A stretch of DNA of 64,000 bases from Alphaproteobacteria bacterium (GTDB taxonomy: Bacteria > Pseudomonadota > Alphaproteobacteria > Bin95). This document shows positions 21,779 through 30,778 of this stretch, piece after piece (the stretch's first letter is position 1; every line of letters starts with the position of its first letter). The stretch covers positions 832,001-896,000 of the forward strand of contig OZ219786.1 of NCBI GenBank assembly GCA_964291285.2, written 5' to 3'. The position numbers were made by a program, and so were the translations under genes. The notes under the pieces were generated by a model, which saw only the letters and a list, made by a program, of their open reading frames with translations, made no database searches and was not told the origin of the DNA.

Positions 21779-22906
21779 TCAGGCAGCCAGATGGCGGCGC
21801 GCGATATAGTCCTCCGCCTGCATCTCGATCAAGCGCGATGTCGTGCGGCGAAATATGTCGGCTCCAAGGCCCAGGGGATAGAGCCTGTCGGGGCCGGTCG
21901 CGGCCGACAGCACGAGGTTGCAGCGCGCTTCGTAAAGCGCGTCGATCAGGTTGATGAAGCGCCGCGCCTCATTGCGGTCTTCCGGGCGCATAGCCGGCAC
22001 GCCGGCGAGGATGAATGTGTGGAACCGCTCGGCCAGCGCCAGATAGTCGCCGGCGCCGAGCGGCTGGCGGCAAAGATCGTCGAAATGGAAGCGCGCCACG
22101 CCGCGCGCGGCCTCCGTTACGGCGACCTCGCGCCCCCGGACCGACACGGTATCCGGCGCGCCCCGCTCCATGTCGGTGAGGTCCCGGAAGGCCCGGTCGA
22201 GCTCAGCCTCGGCGGCGGGGCCGAGCGGCGCGTGATAGACTTGCCGCCCTCTCAGCCGCGCCAGCCTGTGGTCCCCGTCTCCTGCCAGTTCGAGCACGCG
22301 CAGGCGCTGCTGCAACATGTCGATGAAAGGCAGGAACCGCTCGCGCTGCAGGCCGTTGCGGTAGAGGTCCGCCGGCGGGGTGTTGGACGTTGCGACCGCG
22401 ACCACGTCCCGCGCCAGCAGCGCCTCGAACAGGCGGCCGAGGATCATCGCATCGGCGATATTGTCCACCTGGAACTCGTCGAAGCAGAGCAGGGCCGCTT
22501 CTTCCGCGACGGCCGCGGCGAGGCCCGGAATCGGATCGCCGGCGCGCTTCCGCATCCGGTGGGCGCGGTCATGCACTTCGGTCATGAAGGCGTGGAAATG
22601 CACCCGGCGCTTGGCCGCGACCGGCGCGGCCTCGAAGAAGAGGTCCATCAGCATGGACTTGCCGCGCCCGACCGCCCCGTGGATGTAGATGCCCTTCGGC
22701 GCCTCCGCTACCGGCTCGCTCCGGCGCATGAGGCCGAGCCGGGCCAGAAGCCCGCCCGTTCTGCCGGCGGCGGCGAAGGCCCCCAGGGCGTCATGCAGGT
22801 CCTGGAGCGCCCGCGCGCAGACTTCCTGGTCGGGGTCGCCGCTCAGCGCCTTCGCCGCGACCTGCGCGCGCCACGCCGCCAGCGGCCCTGCGGTGGACTC
22901 GGACAC
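21779..22906 (-). CDS. zapE: Cell division ATPase ZapE (AFG1 family)
   Basis: GIYIHGAVGRGKSMLMD Walker A, CFDEFQV, RRFINLIDALYE; GTG start. Confidence 0.93.
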   Translation of the reverse strand: MSESTAGPLAAWRAQVAAKALSGDPDQEVCARALQDLHDALGAFAAAGRTGGLLARLGLMRRSEPVAEAPKGIYIHGAVGRGKSMLMDLFFEAAPVAAKRRVHFHAFMTEVHDRAHRMRKRAGDPIPGLAAAVAEEAALLCFDEFQVDNIADAMILGRLFEALLARDVVAVATSNTPPADLYRNGLQRERFLPFIDMLQQRLRVLELAGDGDHRLARLRGRQVYHAPLGPAAEAELDRAFRDLTDMERGAPDTVSVRGREVAVTEAARGVARFHFDDLCRQPLGAGDYLALAERFHTFILAGVPAMRPEDRNEARRFINLIDALYEARCNLVLSAATGPDRLYPLGLGADIFRRTTSRLIEMQAEDYIARRHLAA

Positions 22907-22917
22907 GGGCTTTCCCG

Positions 22918-24258
22918 TCAAGCGAAGGCGCGTTCCATCTCGCGCCGGAAGGCGACGGTCGGGTCGGTCGGGTCGATCTCGACATCGTCCCAGGTCACCG
23001 GCCGGCCGAAGGGTATGGCGTTGCGCAGCCGGACGCCGTGGGCGAGCCCGATGGGCAGGCCGCCGAGCGCCAGCGAGTCCGCCGACGGCATCAGCTTGCC
23101 CCAGACGCAGTAGCCGCCCTCCCCGTCCAGCATCTCGCCGGCCCCGAGATCGCGTTTCGCCGTGGCGACGACATCGCCGGCCCAGCCCTCCGCATGGCCG
23201 GTCGACTCGCCGCGCAGCGCCGCCGTCGCCACCGACACGCCGAGTTCCAGCCCGATCAGGTGCGAAGGCCGCCAGAGCGCCGCATATTCGCCGCTTTCGT
23301 CCGTGGAGACGTGGTATTCGGCGAAGCAGCGCTGCACATACTCGTCCGCCCCGGCGAAGGTCACATAGACCCCCTGGCGCAGGTTGTGCGGCACCTCCTG
23401 GCCGTTCGCGCCGAAGCAGGAGATCACCTCCACATAGCCGCCGCGGCCTTCCAGCGTGCCGCCGTCGGCCTCGGGTTTCAGCAGGCCGGCGAGCTCGTAA
23501 ACGGAGGCGGGGCGGAAGGAGAGGCCCTTGCGCGGCACATTGAGCCCGGTGGCGTTGGCGACGGCCGCCATCTCGATCCCGGACTTGGTGCCGTCCACGA
23601 AGGAGTTGAACATCTGCGCATTCATGCCGCCGAGCGCCGCCCGTTCGGCGTCGAGGCCGTAATACTCCCACACGGTCTCCGGCGTGGACTGGTGGTAATG
23701 CGCCATGTGCTTGGTGCCCTTGCCGGCCGCCACGACCTCGAGCCCGCACGTGCGCGCCCAGTCCACCATCTCGTAAATCAGCGCCGGCTGGTCGCCATAG
23801 GCCATCGCGCAGGCCACGCCCGCCTCCTCCGCCCTCTGCGCGAGCAGCGGCCCGGCGAGCACATCGGCCTCGACATTCACCATGACGATATGCCGCCCGG
23901 CCTCGAAGCAGGCGAGCGCATGGCGGATGCCCGCGGCCGGATTGCCCGTCGCCTCCACGACAACCTCGATGCCGTCGGTCCGGATGAGCTCCTGCGCGTC
24001 ATCGATGAGGAATGTCGTACCGTCCCTGAAGGCATCCGCGAAGGACGCGGCGCCGTAGCGCTCCGCCGGCCAGTTGATGCGCGCCAGTTGCGAGCGCGCC
24101 CGTTCCGGGTCCAGGTCGGCCACCCCGGCGACATGCATGCCCGTCGTCCGCCCGGCCTGGGATAGGAACATCGCTCCGAACTTGCCGCAGCCGATGACGC
24201 CGACCCGCACGGGCCTTCCCTCGGCGGCCCGCGCCGCCAGCATTCTCGACAGGTTCAT
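22918..24258 (-). CDS. NAD(P)-dependent oxidoreductase, homoserine-dehydrogenase-like with C-terminal SAF domain
   Basis: GVIGCGKFG, NVEADVLAGP, GDQPALI, DGTKS, LDGEGGY SAF motif. Confidence 0.88.
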   Translation of the reverse strand: MNLSRMLAARAAEGRPVRVGVIGCGKFGAMFLSQAGRTTGMHVAGVADLDPERARSQLARINWPAERYGAASFADAFRDGTTFLIDDAQELIRTDGIEVVVEATGNPAAGIRHALACFEAGRHIVMVNVEADVLAGPLLAQRAEEAGVACAMAYGDQPALIYEMVDWARTCGLEVVAAGKGTKHMAHYHQSTPETVWEYYGLDAERAALGGMNAQMFNSFVDGTKSGIEMAAVANATGLNVPRKGLSFRPASVYELAGLLKPEADGGTLEGRGGYVEVISCFGANGQEVPHNLRQGVYVTFAGADEYVQRCFAEYHVSTDESGEYAALWRPSHLIGLELGVSVATAALRGESTGHAEGWAGDVVATAKRDLGAGEMLDGEGGYCVWGKLMPSADSLALGGLPIGLAHGVRLRNAIPFGRPVTWDDVEIDPTDPTVAFRREMERAFA

Positions 24259-24387
24259 CCTCGCCTCCCGCTCCGCTGTCCCTGTAGCTAGACGACGCGG
24301 CAGGCAGCATCAAGACAGGCTTTCGAGCCGCAGCCGCAGTCGCTAGGTTTCGCGTCTCTTCCGCTTCTCTTGAGGAGTCCCGCTGCC

Positions 24388-25599
24388 ATGCCGCATTCCG
24401 CAGGCGCGCTCGCCGGCTATCGCGTAATCGACTGCACGCGGGTGCTCGGCGGCCCCTACTGCACCATGATCCTCGCCGACCACGGCGCCGAGGTCATCAA
24501 GGTCGAGCCGCCGCAGGGCGACGAGACGCGGGACTGGGGCCCGCCCTTCCGCGCCGACGGCGAGGCCGCCTATTTCCAGGGCGTCAACCGCAACAAGCGC
24601 TCCATCGGCCTCGACCTGTCCAGGGATGAGGGCAAGGCGGTGCTGATGCGCCTGCTGGAGGGCGCGGACGTCATCGCCGAGAACTTCAAGCCCGGCACGC
24701 TGGAGAAATGGGGCCTCGGCTACGAGGAGGTGCTGAGCCGGAGCTTCCCCAGGCTGGTGCATTGCCGGATCACGGGATTCGGCGCGGACGGGCCGCTCGG
24801 CGGCTTCCCCGGCTACGACGCGGTGATCCAGGCGATGTCCGGCATGATGAGCGTCAACGGCTCGCCCGAGAGCGGACCCGTGCGCGTCGGCACGCCGATG
24901 GTGGACATGGGCACCGGCCTGAATGCCGTCATCGCCGTCCTCATGGCGCTGCTCGAACGCGAGCGCTCCGGGCGCGGCCAGTTCCTCGACCTGACGCTCT
25001 ACGACTGCGCCGTCGCCCTCCTGCATCCGCAGGCCCCGAACTGGCTCATGTCCGGCAGGGCGCCGGCGATCACCGGCAATGCGCACCCCAACATCTACCC
25101 CTATGACGCCTTCCGCACGCGCGACAAGCAGGCCTTCCTCGCCATCGGCAACAACGGCCAGTGGGCGCGCTTCTGCGCTGCCATCGGCGCGGCTGAGTTG
25201 GCGGAGGATGCGCGCTTTGCAGACAATGCCTCCCGCTCGCGCAACCGCGCCGAGCTGAAGCCGCTGCTGGAGGCGAAGCTCGCGGAATTCGAGTGCGACG
25301 CGCTCTGCGAGACGCTGCTCCGCCAGGGCGTCCCGGCAGGGCCGGTGAACGCCATTCCCGAGGTCTTCACCCACCCGCACACGCTGCACCGGGGCATGCG
25401 CGCCTCGGTCGAGGGCGACGAGTGGGAGGCGCCCGGCATCGCCGCCAAGCTCTCGCGTACACCCGGCAGCGTGCGGGCCGCCCCGCCCTTCTTCGGCAAC
25501 GCCACCCGCGAGGTGCTGGCCGAAGCCGGCTACACCCAGGGCGAGGCCGAAGCCCTCATCGAAAGCGGAGTCGCGCTGACGGAACGTCGGCGGGGTTAG
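24388..25599 (+). CDS. CoA-transferase family III (CaiB/BaiF)
   Basis: LGGPYCTMILADHGAEVIKVEPP, NRNKRSI, ENFKPG, GYDAVIQAMSG. Confidence 0.93.
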   Translation: MPHSAGALAGYRVIDCTRVLGGPYCTMILADHGAEVIKVEPPQGDETRDWGPPFRADGEAAYFQGVNRNKRSIGLDLSRDEGKAVLMRLLEGADVIAENFKPGTLEKWGLGYEEVLSRSFPRLVHCRITGFGADGPLGGFPGYDAVIQAMSGMMSVNGSPESGPVRVGTPMVDMGTGLNAVIAVLMALLERERSGRGQFLDLTLYDCAVALLHPQAPNWLMSGRAPAITGNAHPNIYPYDAFRTRDKQAFLAIGNNGQWARFCAAIGAAELAEDARFADNASRSRNRAELKPLLEAKLAEFECDALCETLLRQGVPAGPVNAIPEVFTHPHTLHRGMRASVEGDEWEAPGIAAKLSRTPGSVRAAPPFFGNATREVLAEAGYTQGEAEALIESGVALTERRRG

Positions 25600-25620
25600 C
25601 CCGGCATTCGAGCATGTTCT

Positions 25621-27048
25621 CTAATTGCGCCAGACGTCCCGCCATGCCGCGAACTCGGACGGCCTGACCCGGTAGCGCGCGAAATTGCCGTCATGCAGGC
25701 TAAGGAGCTCGCGCTCCGCGATCTCGCAAAAGCGTCCGCGTTCCGGCTCTTCAATATGTTGCGCGGTCCATGTCTCGACATGGGCGTTGGCCTGCATCTT
25801 GTCCATGCAGCCGCGGATGACGGCCCCGACGACTTCATGCAGGGCCGCCCGGTGCCTGAGCCGAAATGGGTCGGGCTCGCCCAGCGACTGGCGTACCGCA
25901 GCGTAGCGGGCGGCCGAGCGCTGGTACGCCCACAGGAACACGTCGCGAAGCAGCTCCGTGCGCCTCAGCTCGTAAACGCCGAGCACCGCCTCCGTGTAGA
26001 GGTCCCGCGGCACGTCCTCGAAGGACAGGGGCGACAGGTTGGCCCTGATGAGCGGAATGTTCGCCGCGAGGCGCGACACCCGCTTGTTGACGTCGTCGAA
26101 CGCCTGCAAATACGGGAAGTGAACCATCGCGAAGAAGGCCTGCTCGAAGGGGTCCTCGACGGCGGCCGCCGTGGCGAGAAGCCGGTCGAAACACTCCTCG
26201 ACAAGCTGCGGCGCTTCCAGCGGGTGGAAGACGGAGCCGTGGATGCCCACGCCGAACCGCCGCAGACGGCCGGGGGCATCCGGATCGGGCAGCAGGTTGT
26301 CCGCAAGCGCCGCATGCAGGTTCAGGACCGTGTAGCGGTCGAAGCCGATATCCTCCGCCGCATCAACGAGAAACTCGATGGCGCTCTTGTGGTTCAGGAT
26401 CATCTGCGCGTCGCGCCGGTCCTTCCCCTCCGCCGCCTCGCCGGCCTCGATGAGGCGCAGGGTGTCGAGCAGCGAATAGGTATTGCCCTCAAGGCGGCTG
26501 GAGTTCCACGACAGGTCGATCAGCAGCCGGTTGAGTATCTGCTTGGCGTAGGTGCCCGCGGGCTGTTCCGCGATGCCCGCCCGGCCGATTTCCCGAAGCT
26601 GCGCCCGCTCCTCCCGCGAGAGGTAGAAGCTGTCATTGGGCCGGTACGAGAACAGGAACTCCGGGTCGTAGCCGACCGGCTGGCGGACCGTCACCGGGCG
26701 CCGTACATATTCCAGGATTTCCGCGCCCGCCTCGGAAAGCGGTTGAGCTTCTGCTGCGGGTTTCTCCGGAACGGCGCCTACGAACGGCCGCTTCGTCTCC
26801 GCAAAAACAAGAAAGTCCGGCGGCTCGGACAGCATCACTCCCGGAACCCGGTAGCGTGCCCAGCGGCCCGAACCCGCCATGACGAGGCGTCCGCTGTCGA
26901 CGAGGGTCCTGAGGCGGTATTGCAGGGTCCGGCGCGGCGGCGCAGCTTCCAGCGCCCCGGCGATGTCCTGCAGGGCCGCGCCCTCGGGACGGCTCCGCAC
27001 AACCCGTTCTATCGCCTGTAGATTCTCTTCCCGAGTGCGCCCTTGCAT
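25621..27048 (-). CDS. Fic-family protein with N-terminal HTH (alternative start 27072)
   Basis: RRTLQYRL HTH; LSWNSSRLEGNTYS; QMILNHK; Fic-like YLQAFDDVNKRVSR. Confidence 0.88.
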   Translation of the reverse strand: MQGRTREENLQAIERVVRSRPEGAALQDIAGALEAAPPRRTLQYRLRTLVDSGRLVMAGSGRWARYRVPGVMLSEPPDFLVFAETKRPFVGAVPEKPAAEAQPLSEAGAEILEYVRRPVTVRQPVGYDPEFLFSYRPNDSFYLSREERAQLREIGRAGIAEQPAGTYAKQILNRLLIDLSWNSSRLEGNTYSLLDTLRLIEAGEAAEGKDRRDAQMILNHKSAIEFLVDAAEDIGFDRYTVLNLHAALADNLLPDPDAPGRLRRFGVGIHGSVFHPLEAPQLVEECFDRLLATAAAVEDPFEQAFFAMVHFPYLQAFDDVNKRVSRLAANIPLIRANLSPLSFEDVPRDLYTEAVLGVYELRRTELLRDVFLWAYQRSAARYAAVRQSLGEPDPFRLRHRAALHEVVGAVIRGCMDKMQANAHVETWTAQHIEEPERGRFCEIAERELLSLHDGNFARYRVRPSEFAAWRDVWRN

Positions 27049-27060
27049 CTTGCCGCTCCG

Positions 27061-27156
27061 GTTTGCGCGCATTGCCCTACGCGCAAACTAAACCGGATAA
27101 ACGCAACCCGCAACCCTATGCGCAATACTCATTGCGCCTATGGCTGTACGCGCAAT
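27061..27156. promoter_or_regulatory. Cluster of CGCAA/TTGCG repeats and palindromes upstream of the Fic gene
   Basis: gtttgcgcg / cgcgcaaac (27061-27088); gcgcaat-N4-attgcgc (27120-27137); further CGCAA copies. Confidence 0.5.
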
Positions 27157-27187
27157 CCCGGTCCCCGGCACTCCACCCGCGGCGGAA

Positions 27188-27808
27188 CTAGCCCGGACGG
27201 GTCGTGACCCAGGTCATGCGGGCGTCGTAGTCCTGCTCGAAAGCCTCGATCTCGCCGAGGTACTGCATGGTGAAGTCGATGTCGTCGAGCCCCTGCAGCA
27301 CCTTGTTCTTCTGGAACGGGTCGATCTCGAAGCTCCAGGTGGACTGGTCGGGCGCAGTGACGGTCTGGCTCTCCAGATCGACCGTGACCTCGCCGCCCGG
27401 CCCCTCATGCAGCATCTCGCGCAGCCGCCGGCAGGTCTCGTCGGCCAGGCGGATCGGCAGGAAGCCGTTCTTCAGCGAGTTGTTGTAGAAGATGTCGCCG
27501 AAGGACGGCGCGATCACCGCCCTGAAACCCGCCGCGGCGAGCGCCGTCACCGCGTTCTCGCGCGATGAGCCGCAGCCGAAATTGCGGTCGGCGACCAGCA
27601 CCTGCGCGCCGCGGAAGCCCTCCCGGTTCATCACGAAATCCGGCTTCTCGGCGCCGTCGGCGTCGAAGCGCAGGTCGTGGAAGAGATAGGTGCCGTAGCG
27701 CTCGTCCAGCAGGCGGCTGAGGAAGCGCGCGGGGATCACCTGGTCGGTATCGACATTCAGCATGTCGAGCGGCGCGGCGACGGCGGAGAAAGTCTTGAAG
27801 GGTTCCAT
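27188..27808 (-). CDS. leuD: LeuD-like dehydratase small subunit
   Basis: NVDTDQVIPARFL, NFGCGSSRE, SFGDIFYNN, GLDDI. Confidence 0.85.
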   Translation of the reverse strand: MEPFKTFSAVAAPLDMLNVDTDQVIPARFLSRLLDERYGTYLFHDLRFDADGAEKPDFVMNREGFRGAQVLVADRNFGCGSSRENAVTALAAAGFRAVIAPSFGDIFYNNSLKNGFLPIRLADETCRRLREMLHEGPGGEVTVDLESQTVTAPDQSTWSFEIDPFQKNKVLQGLDDIDFTMQYLGEIEAFEQDYDARMTWVTTRPG

Positions 27809-27824
27809 CTGCCTCGTCCTCCGC

Positions 27825-29219
27825 TCAGCCGAATTCGCGCACGTCTGCGAAGCGGCCGCTGACCGCCGCCGCGGCCGCCATAGCCGGGCTCACCAGATGG
27901 GTGCGCACGCCCGGCCCCTGCCGCCCGCGGAAATTGCGGTTGGAGGTGGACGCGGTGCGCTCGCCGGGGCGCGCAATGTCGCCGTTCATGCCGACGCACA
28001 TCGAACACGCGCTCTCCCGCCACTCGAAGCCCGCCTCGGTGAAGATGCGGTCGAGGCCCTCTTCCTCCGCCTGTTTCTTGATGAGGCCGGAGCCGGGCGA
28101 GACGAAGGCGTGGCCGACCCTGATCCGCCGCCCTTCCACCACCTTCGCGGCGGCGCGCAAATCCTCGATGCGGCTGTTGGTGCACGACCCGATGAACACC
28201 CGGTCCACCTCGATGTCGGTGATCGCCTGTCCGGCGGCGAGGCCCATATAGTCGATGGCGCCTTCGAGCGCGGCGCGGCGCTCCTCGTCCGGCTCGTCCG
28301 ACGGGTCCGGCACCCGGTCCGTCACCGCGACGGCGTTCTCCGGGCTCGTGCCCCAGGTCACCATCGGCGCAAGCGCGGCCCCGTCCAGCGCCTCCTCGCG
28401 GTCGAAGGCGGCGCCGGGGTCCGACGGCAGGCCCCGCCAGTGGGCGACAGCCTTGTCCCATTCCGCGCCGGCGGGCGCGAAGGGCCGGCCCTTCAGATAG
28501 TCGAAGGTCTTCTCGTCGGGCGCGATCATGCCGCATCGCGCGCCCGCCTCGATCGACATGTTGCAGACCGTGAGCCGCCCCTCCATCGAGAAGGCGCGGA
28601 TGAGCGAGCCCGCATATTCCACCGCGTAGCCCGTGCCGCCGACCGCGCCGATATGGGCGATGATGGCGAGGATCGCGTCCTTGCCGGTCACGCCGAAGGG
28701 GCGTTCGCCGTTGACGGTGATGCGCATGGTCTTCGGGCGCTTCTGCCAGAGCGCCTGCGTCGCCATGACATGGGCGACCTCGGACGAGCCGATGCCAAAG
28801 GCGATGGCGCCGACCGCGCCATGCGTCGAGGTGTGGCTGTCGCCGCAGACGATCACCAGCCCCGGCTGCGTGAAGCCCTGCTCCGGACCTACCACATGGA
28901 TGATGCCCTGGCGCGCGTCCTCTACCGGGAAATGCGTGATCCCATTGGCGGTGAAGTTCTCGGCGAAGACGCGGAAGATGCGCCTCATGTCCTCGGTGGC
29001 GAGGTCCTCGACGCGCCGGCTGGTGGTCGGCACATAATGGTCGGGCGTGCCGGCCATGCGGTCCGGCCGGCGCACCTCGATGCCGCGCTCCTTCAGCTTG
29101 GCGAAGCCTCCGGCCGAGCCGTCATGGCAGAGGTGGAAGGCGACATGCAGGAGGGTGTTGCCCTCGCGTTCCAGGATCGTGTGCGCGTCCCAGATCTTGT
29201 CGAACATCGTGGCTGGCAT
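27825..29219 (-). CDS. leuC: LeuC-like aconitase-family dehydratase large subunit (probably a paralogue)
   Basis: CGDSHTSTHGA, TVCNMSIEAGA, FIGSCTNSR, CSMCVGMN, STSNRNFRGRQG. Confidence 0.85.
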   Translation of the reverse strand: MPATMFDKIWDAHTILEREGNTLLHVAFHLCHDGSAGGFAKLKERGIEVRRPDRMAGTPDHYVPTTSRRVEDLATEDMRRIFRVFAENFTANGITHFPVEDARQGIIHVVGPEQGFTQPGLVIVCGDSHTSTHGAVGAIAFGIGSSEVAHVMATQALWQKRPKTMRITVNGERPFGVTGKDAILAIIAHIGAVGGTGYAVEYAGSLIRAFSMEGRLTVCNMSIEAGARCGMIAPDEKTFDYLKGRPFAPAGAEWDKAVAHWRGLPSDPGAAFDREEALDGAALAPMVTWGTSPENAVAVTDRVPDPSDEPDEERRAALEGAIDYMGLAAGQAITDIEVDRVFIGSCTNSRIEDLRAAAKVVEGRRIRVGHAFVSPGSGLIKKQAEEEGLDRIFTEAGFEWRESACSMCVGMNGDIARPGERTASTSNRNFRGRQGPGVRTHLVSPAMAAAAAVSGRFADVREFG

Positions 29220-29232
29220 GGGCGCTGTGTCC

Positions 29233-30126
29233 TCAATAGCCGACGCGGGCGGAGTCATCGACCGCGTAGCGGTCTTCCAGCGCCTGCACCTCGGCCATGC
29301 CCATCAGGTCGAAATATTCGCGGAAGGAGGCGAACTCGTTGCGCATCGGGCGCACATCGCCGGTCTCCTTCAGCGCATCGAGCGCGCGCGTCATGGCGGG
29401 GATCGCCGCCGAGATGGTGATGCCGGGGAAGATCGCGATGCCGAAGCCGAGCGCCTCCATCTCCGCCGCCGAAAGCTCCGGCGTCTTGCCGCTGGAGGCC
29501 ATGTTGAACAGGCAGGGCGCGCGGAAATGCTTCGGCGCGAAGGCAAGCTGCTCTATCGTGGTCATCGCCTCGATGAAGAGGATGTCCGCGCCCGCCTCCT
29601 GGTAGGCCTCCGCGCGCTCGATGGCCGGCTCCCAGCCTTCCACCGCGATGGCGTCGCAGCGCGCGATGACCTGGAAGTCGGGGTCGATCCGCGCATCGCA
29701 CGCCGCCTTGATCTTGGCGACCATGTCCGCCTTCGGGATCACCGTCTTGCCGGCCAGGTGCCCGCAGCGCTTCGGCCAGGACTGGTCCTCGATGTGCAGC
29801 CCCGCCACGCCCGCGCGCTCATAGGCCTGCACCGTGCGGCGTACATTCACCGGGCCTCCGTAGCCCGTGTCGGCGTCGGCCACCAGCGGCAGGCCGGAGG
29901 CGTCGGCGATGCGGCCGGCATTGTCGGCCATCTCGGTCATGGTGAGCAGGCCGACATCCGGCATGCCGAGCCGGCTGGCCGTCGCGCCCGCGCCCGTCAT
30001 GTAGATGGCGTCGAAGCCGGCCTTCGCCACGAGCCGCGCGCCGATGCCGTCCACGACCCCCGGCGCGACCAGGATTTCGGGCGCCTGCACAAGGCGTTTC
30101 AGGCGTGTGGTGCGGCGCTCGGACAT
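29233..30126 (-). CDS. Isocitrate lyase/PEP mutase superfamily C-C lyase (PrpB / 2,3-dimethylmalate lyase-like)
   Basis: DADTGYGG, HIEDQSWPKRCGH catalytic loop, ADILFIEA. Confidence 0.9.
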   Translation of the reverse strand: MSERRTTRLKRLVQAPEILVAPGVVDGIGARLVAKAGFDAIYMTGAGATASRLGMPDVGLLTMTEMADNAGRIADASGLPLVADADTGYGGPVNVRRTVQAYERAGVAGLHIEDQSWPKRCGHLAGKTVIPKADMVAKIKAACDARIDPDFQVIARCDAIAVEGWEPAIERAEAYQEAGADILFIEAMTTIEQLAFAPKHFRAPCLFNMASSGKTPELSAAEMEALGFGIAIFPGITISAAIPAMTRALDALKETGDVRPMRNEFASFREYFDLMGMAEVQALEDRYAVDDSARVGY

Positions 30127-30197
30127 CGGCTTTCCTCCTCGAAATACGCGCGAGGGCTGAGTCTTGCACAGTCTGTTCCGGGCGCATAGGTGCGGCT

Positions 30198-30494
30198 ATG
30201 TTTGGCCCCATGCACGGCCCGGGCGAAATCGACGCGGCGGCGGAGCCGCGCCAGCCGACGCTCTACGAGCGGCGGGTGGAGGCGCTGCTGTCCCTGCTGG
30301 CGGACAGCGGCGAGGCGGAGCTCGTCGAAGCGCACCGCCGGACGATGGAGGCGTTGCGCGAGGACACGTCGGAAGGCGCGGCCTGGTACGACCGGCGGCT
30401 TGCGGCGCTCCGGGCCGCGCTGGAGGAACTCGGCATTCTGGACCGCGCCGACATCGAGGCGCATCTTGCCGGCGAGGGAGGGCGCAGCCCGTGA
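30198..30494 (+). CDS. Nitrile hydratase beta N-terminal-like / ScnB-like subunit (start 30198 or 30210)
   Basis: YERRVEAL...HRRTMEAL...WYDRRLAAL...LEELGILDRADIEA; GTGA-coupled to next gene. Confidence 0.65.
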   Translation: MFGPMHGPGEIDAAAEPRQPTLYERRVEALLSLLADSGEAELVEAHRRTMEALREDTSEGAAWYDRRLAALRAALEELGILDRADIEAHLAGEGGRSP

Positions 30495-30778
30495 TCGAGA
30501 ACGGCACCAGGGTCAGGGTGGACGACCGCTTCCATGCCGGCCACCACCGCGTGCCCGGCTATCTGAAGGGCCGCGAGGGCATGGTGACGGCCTGTCTCGG
30601 CCGCTTCCCCAACCCCGAGGCGCTCGCCTATTTCCGGCCGAGTGACCCGCCGCTGGCGCTTTACCAGGTGCGGTTCCGGCAGGCCGACCTCTGGGACGGC
30701 TATGCGGGCGGGCCGGCGGACACGCTCGACGCGGACATTTACGAACACTGGCTCCAGCCGCTGGAGGACAGGCCATGA
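30491..30778 (+). CDS. Nitrile hydratase beta C-terminal SH3-like / ScnA-like subunit
   Basis: GHHRVPGYLKGREG, LYQVRFRQADLW, DIYEHWLQP. Confidence 0.85.
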   Translation: MIENGTRVRVDDRFHAGHHRVPGYLKGREGMVTACLGRFPNPEALAYFRPSDPPLALYQVRFRQADLWDGYAGGPADTLDADIYEHWLQPLEDRP

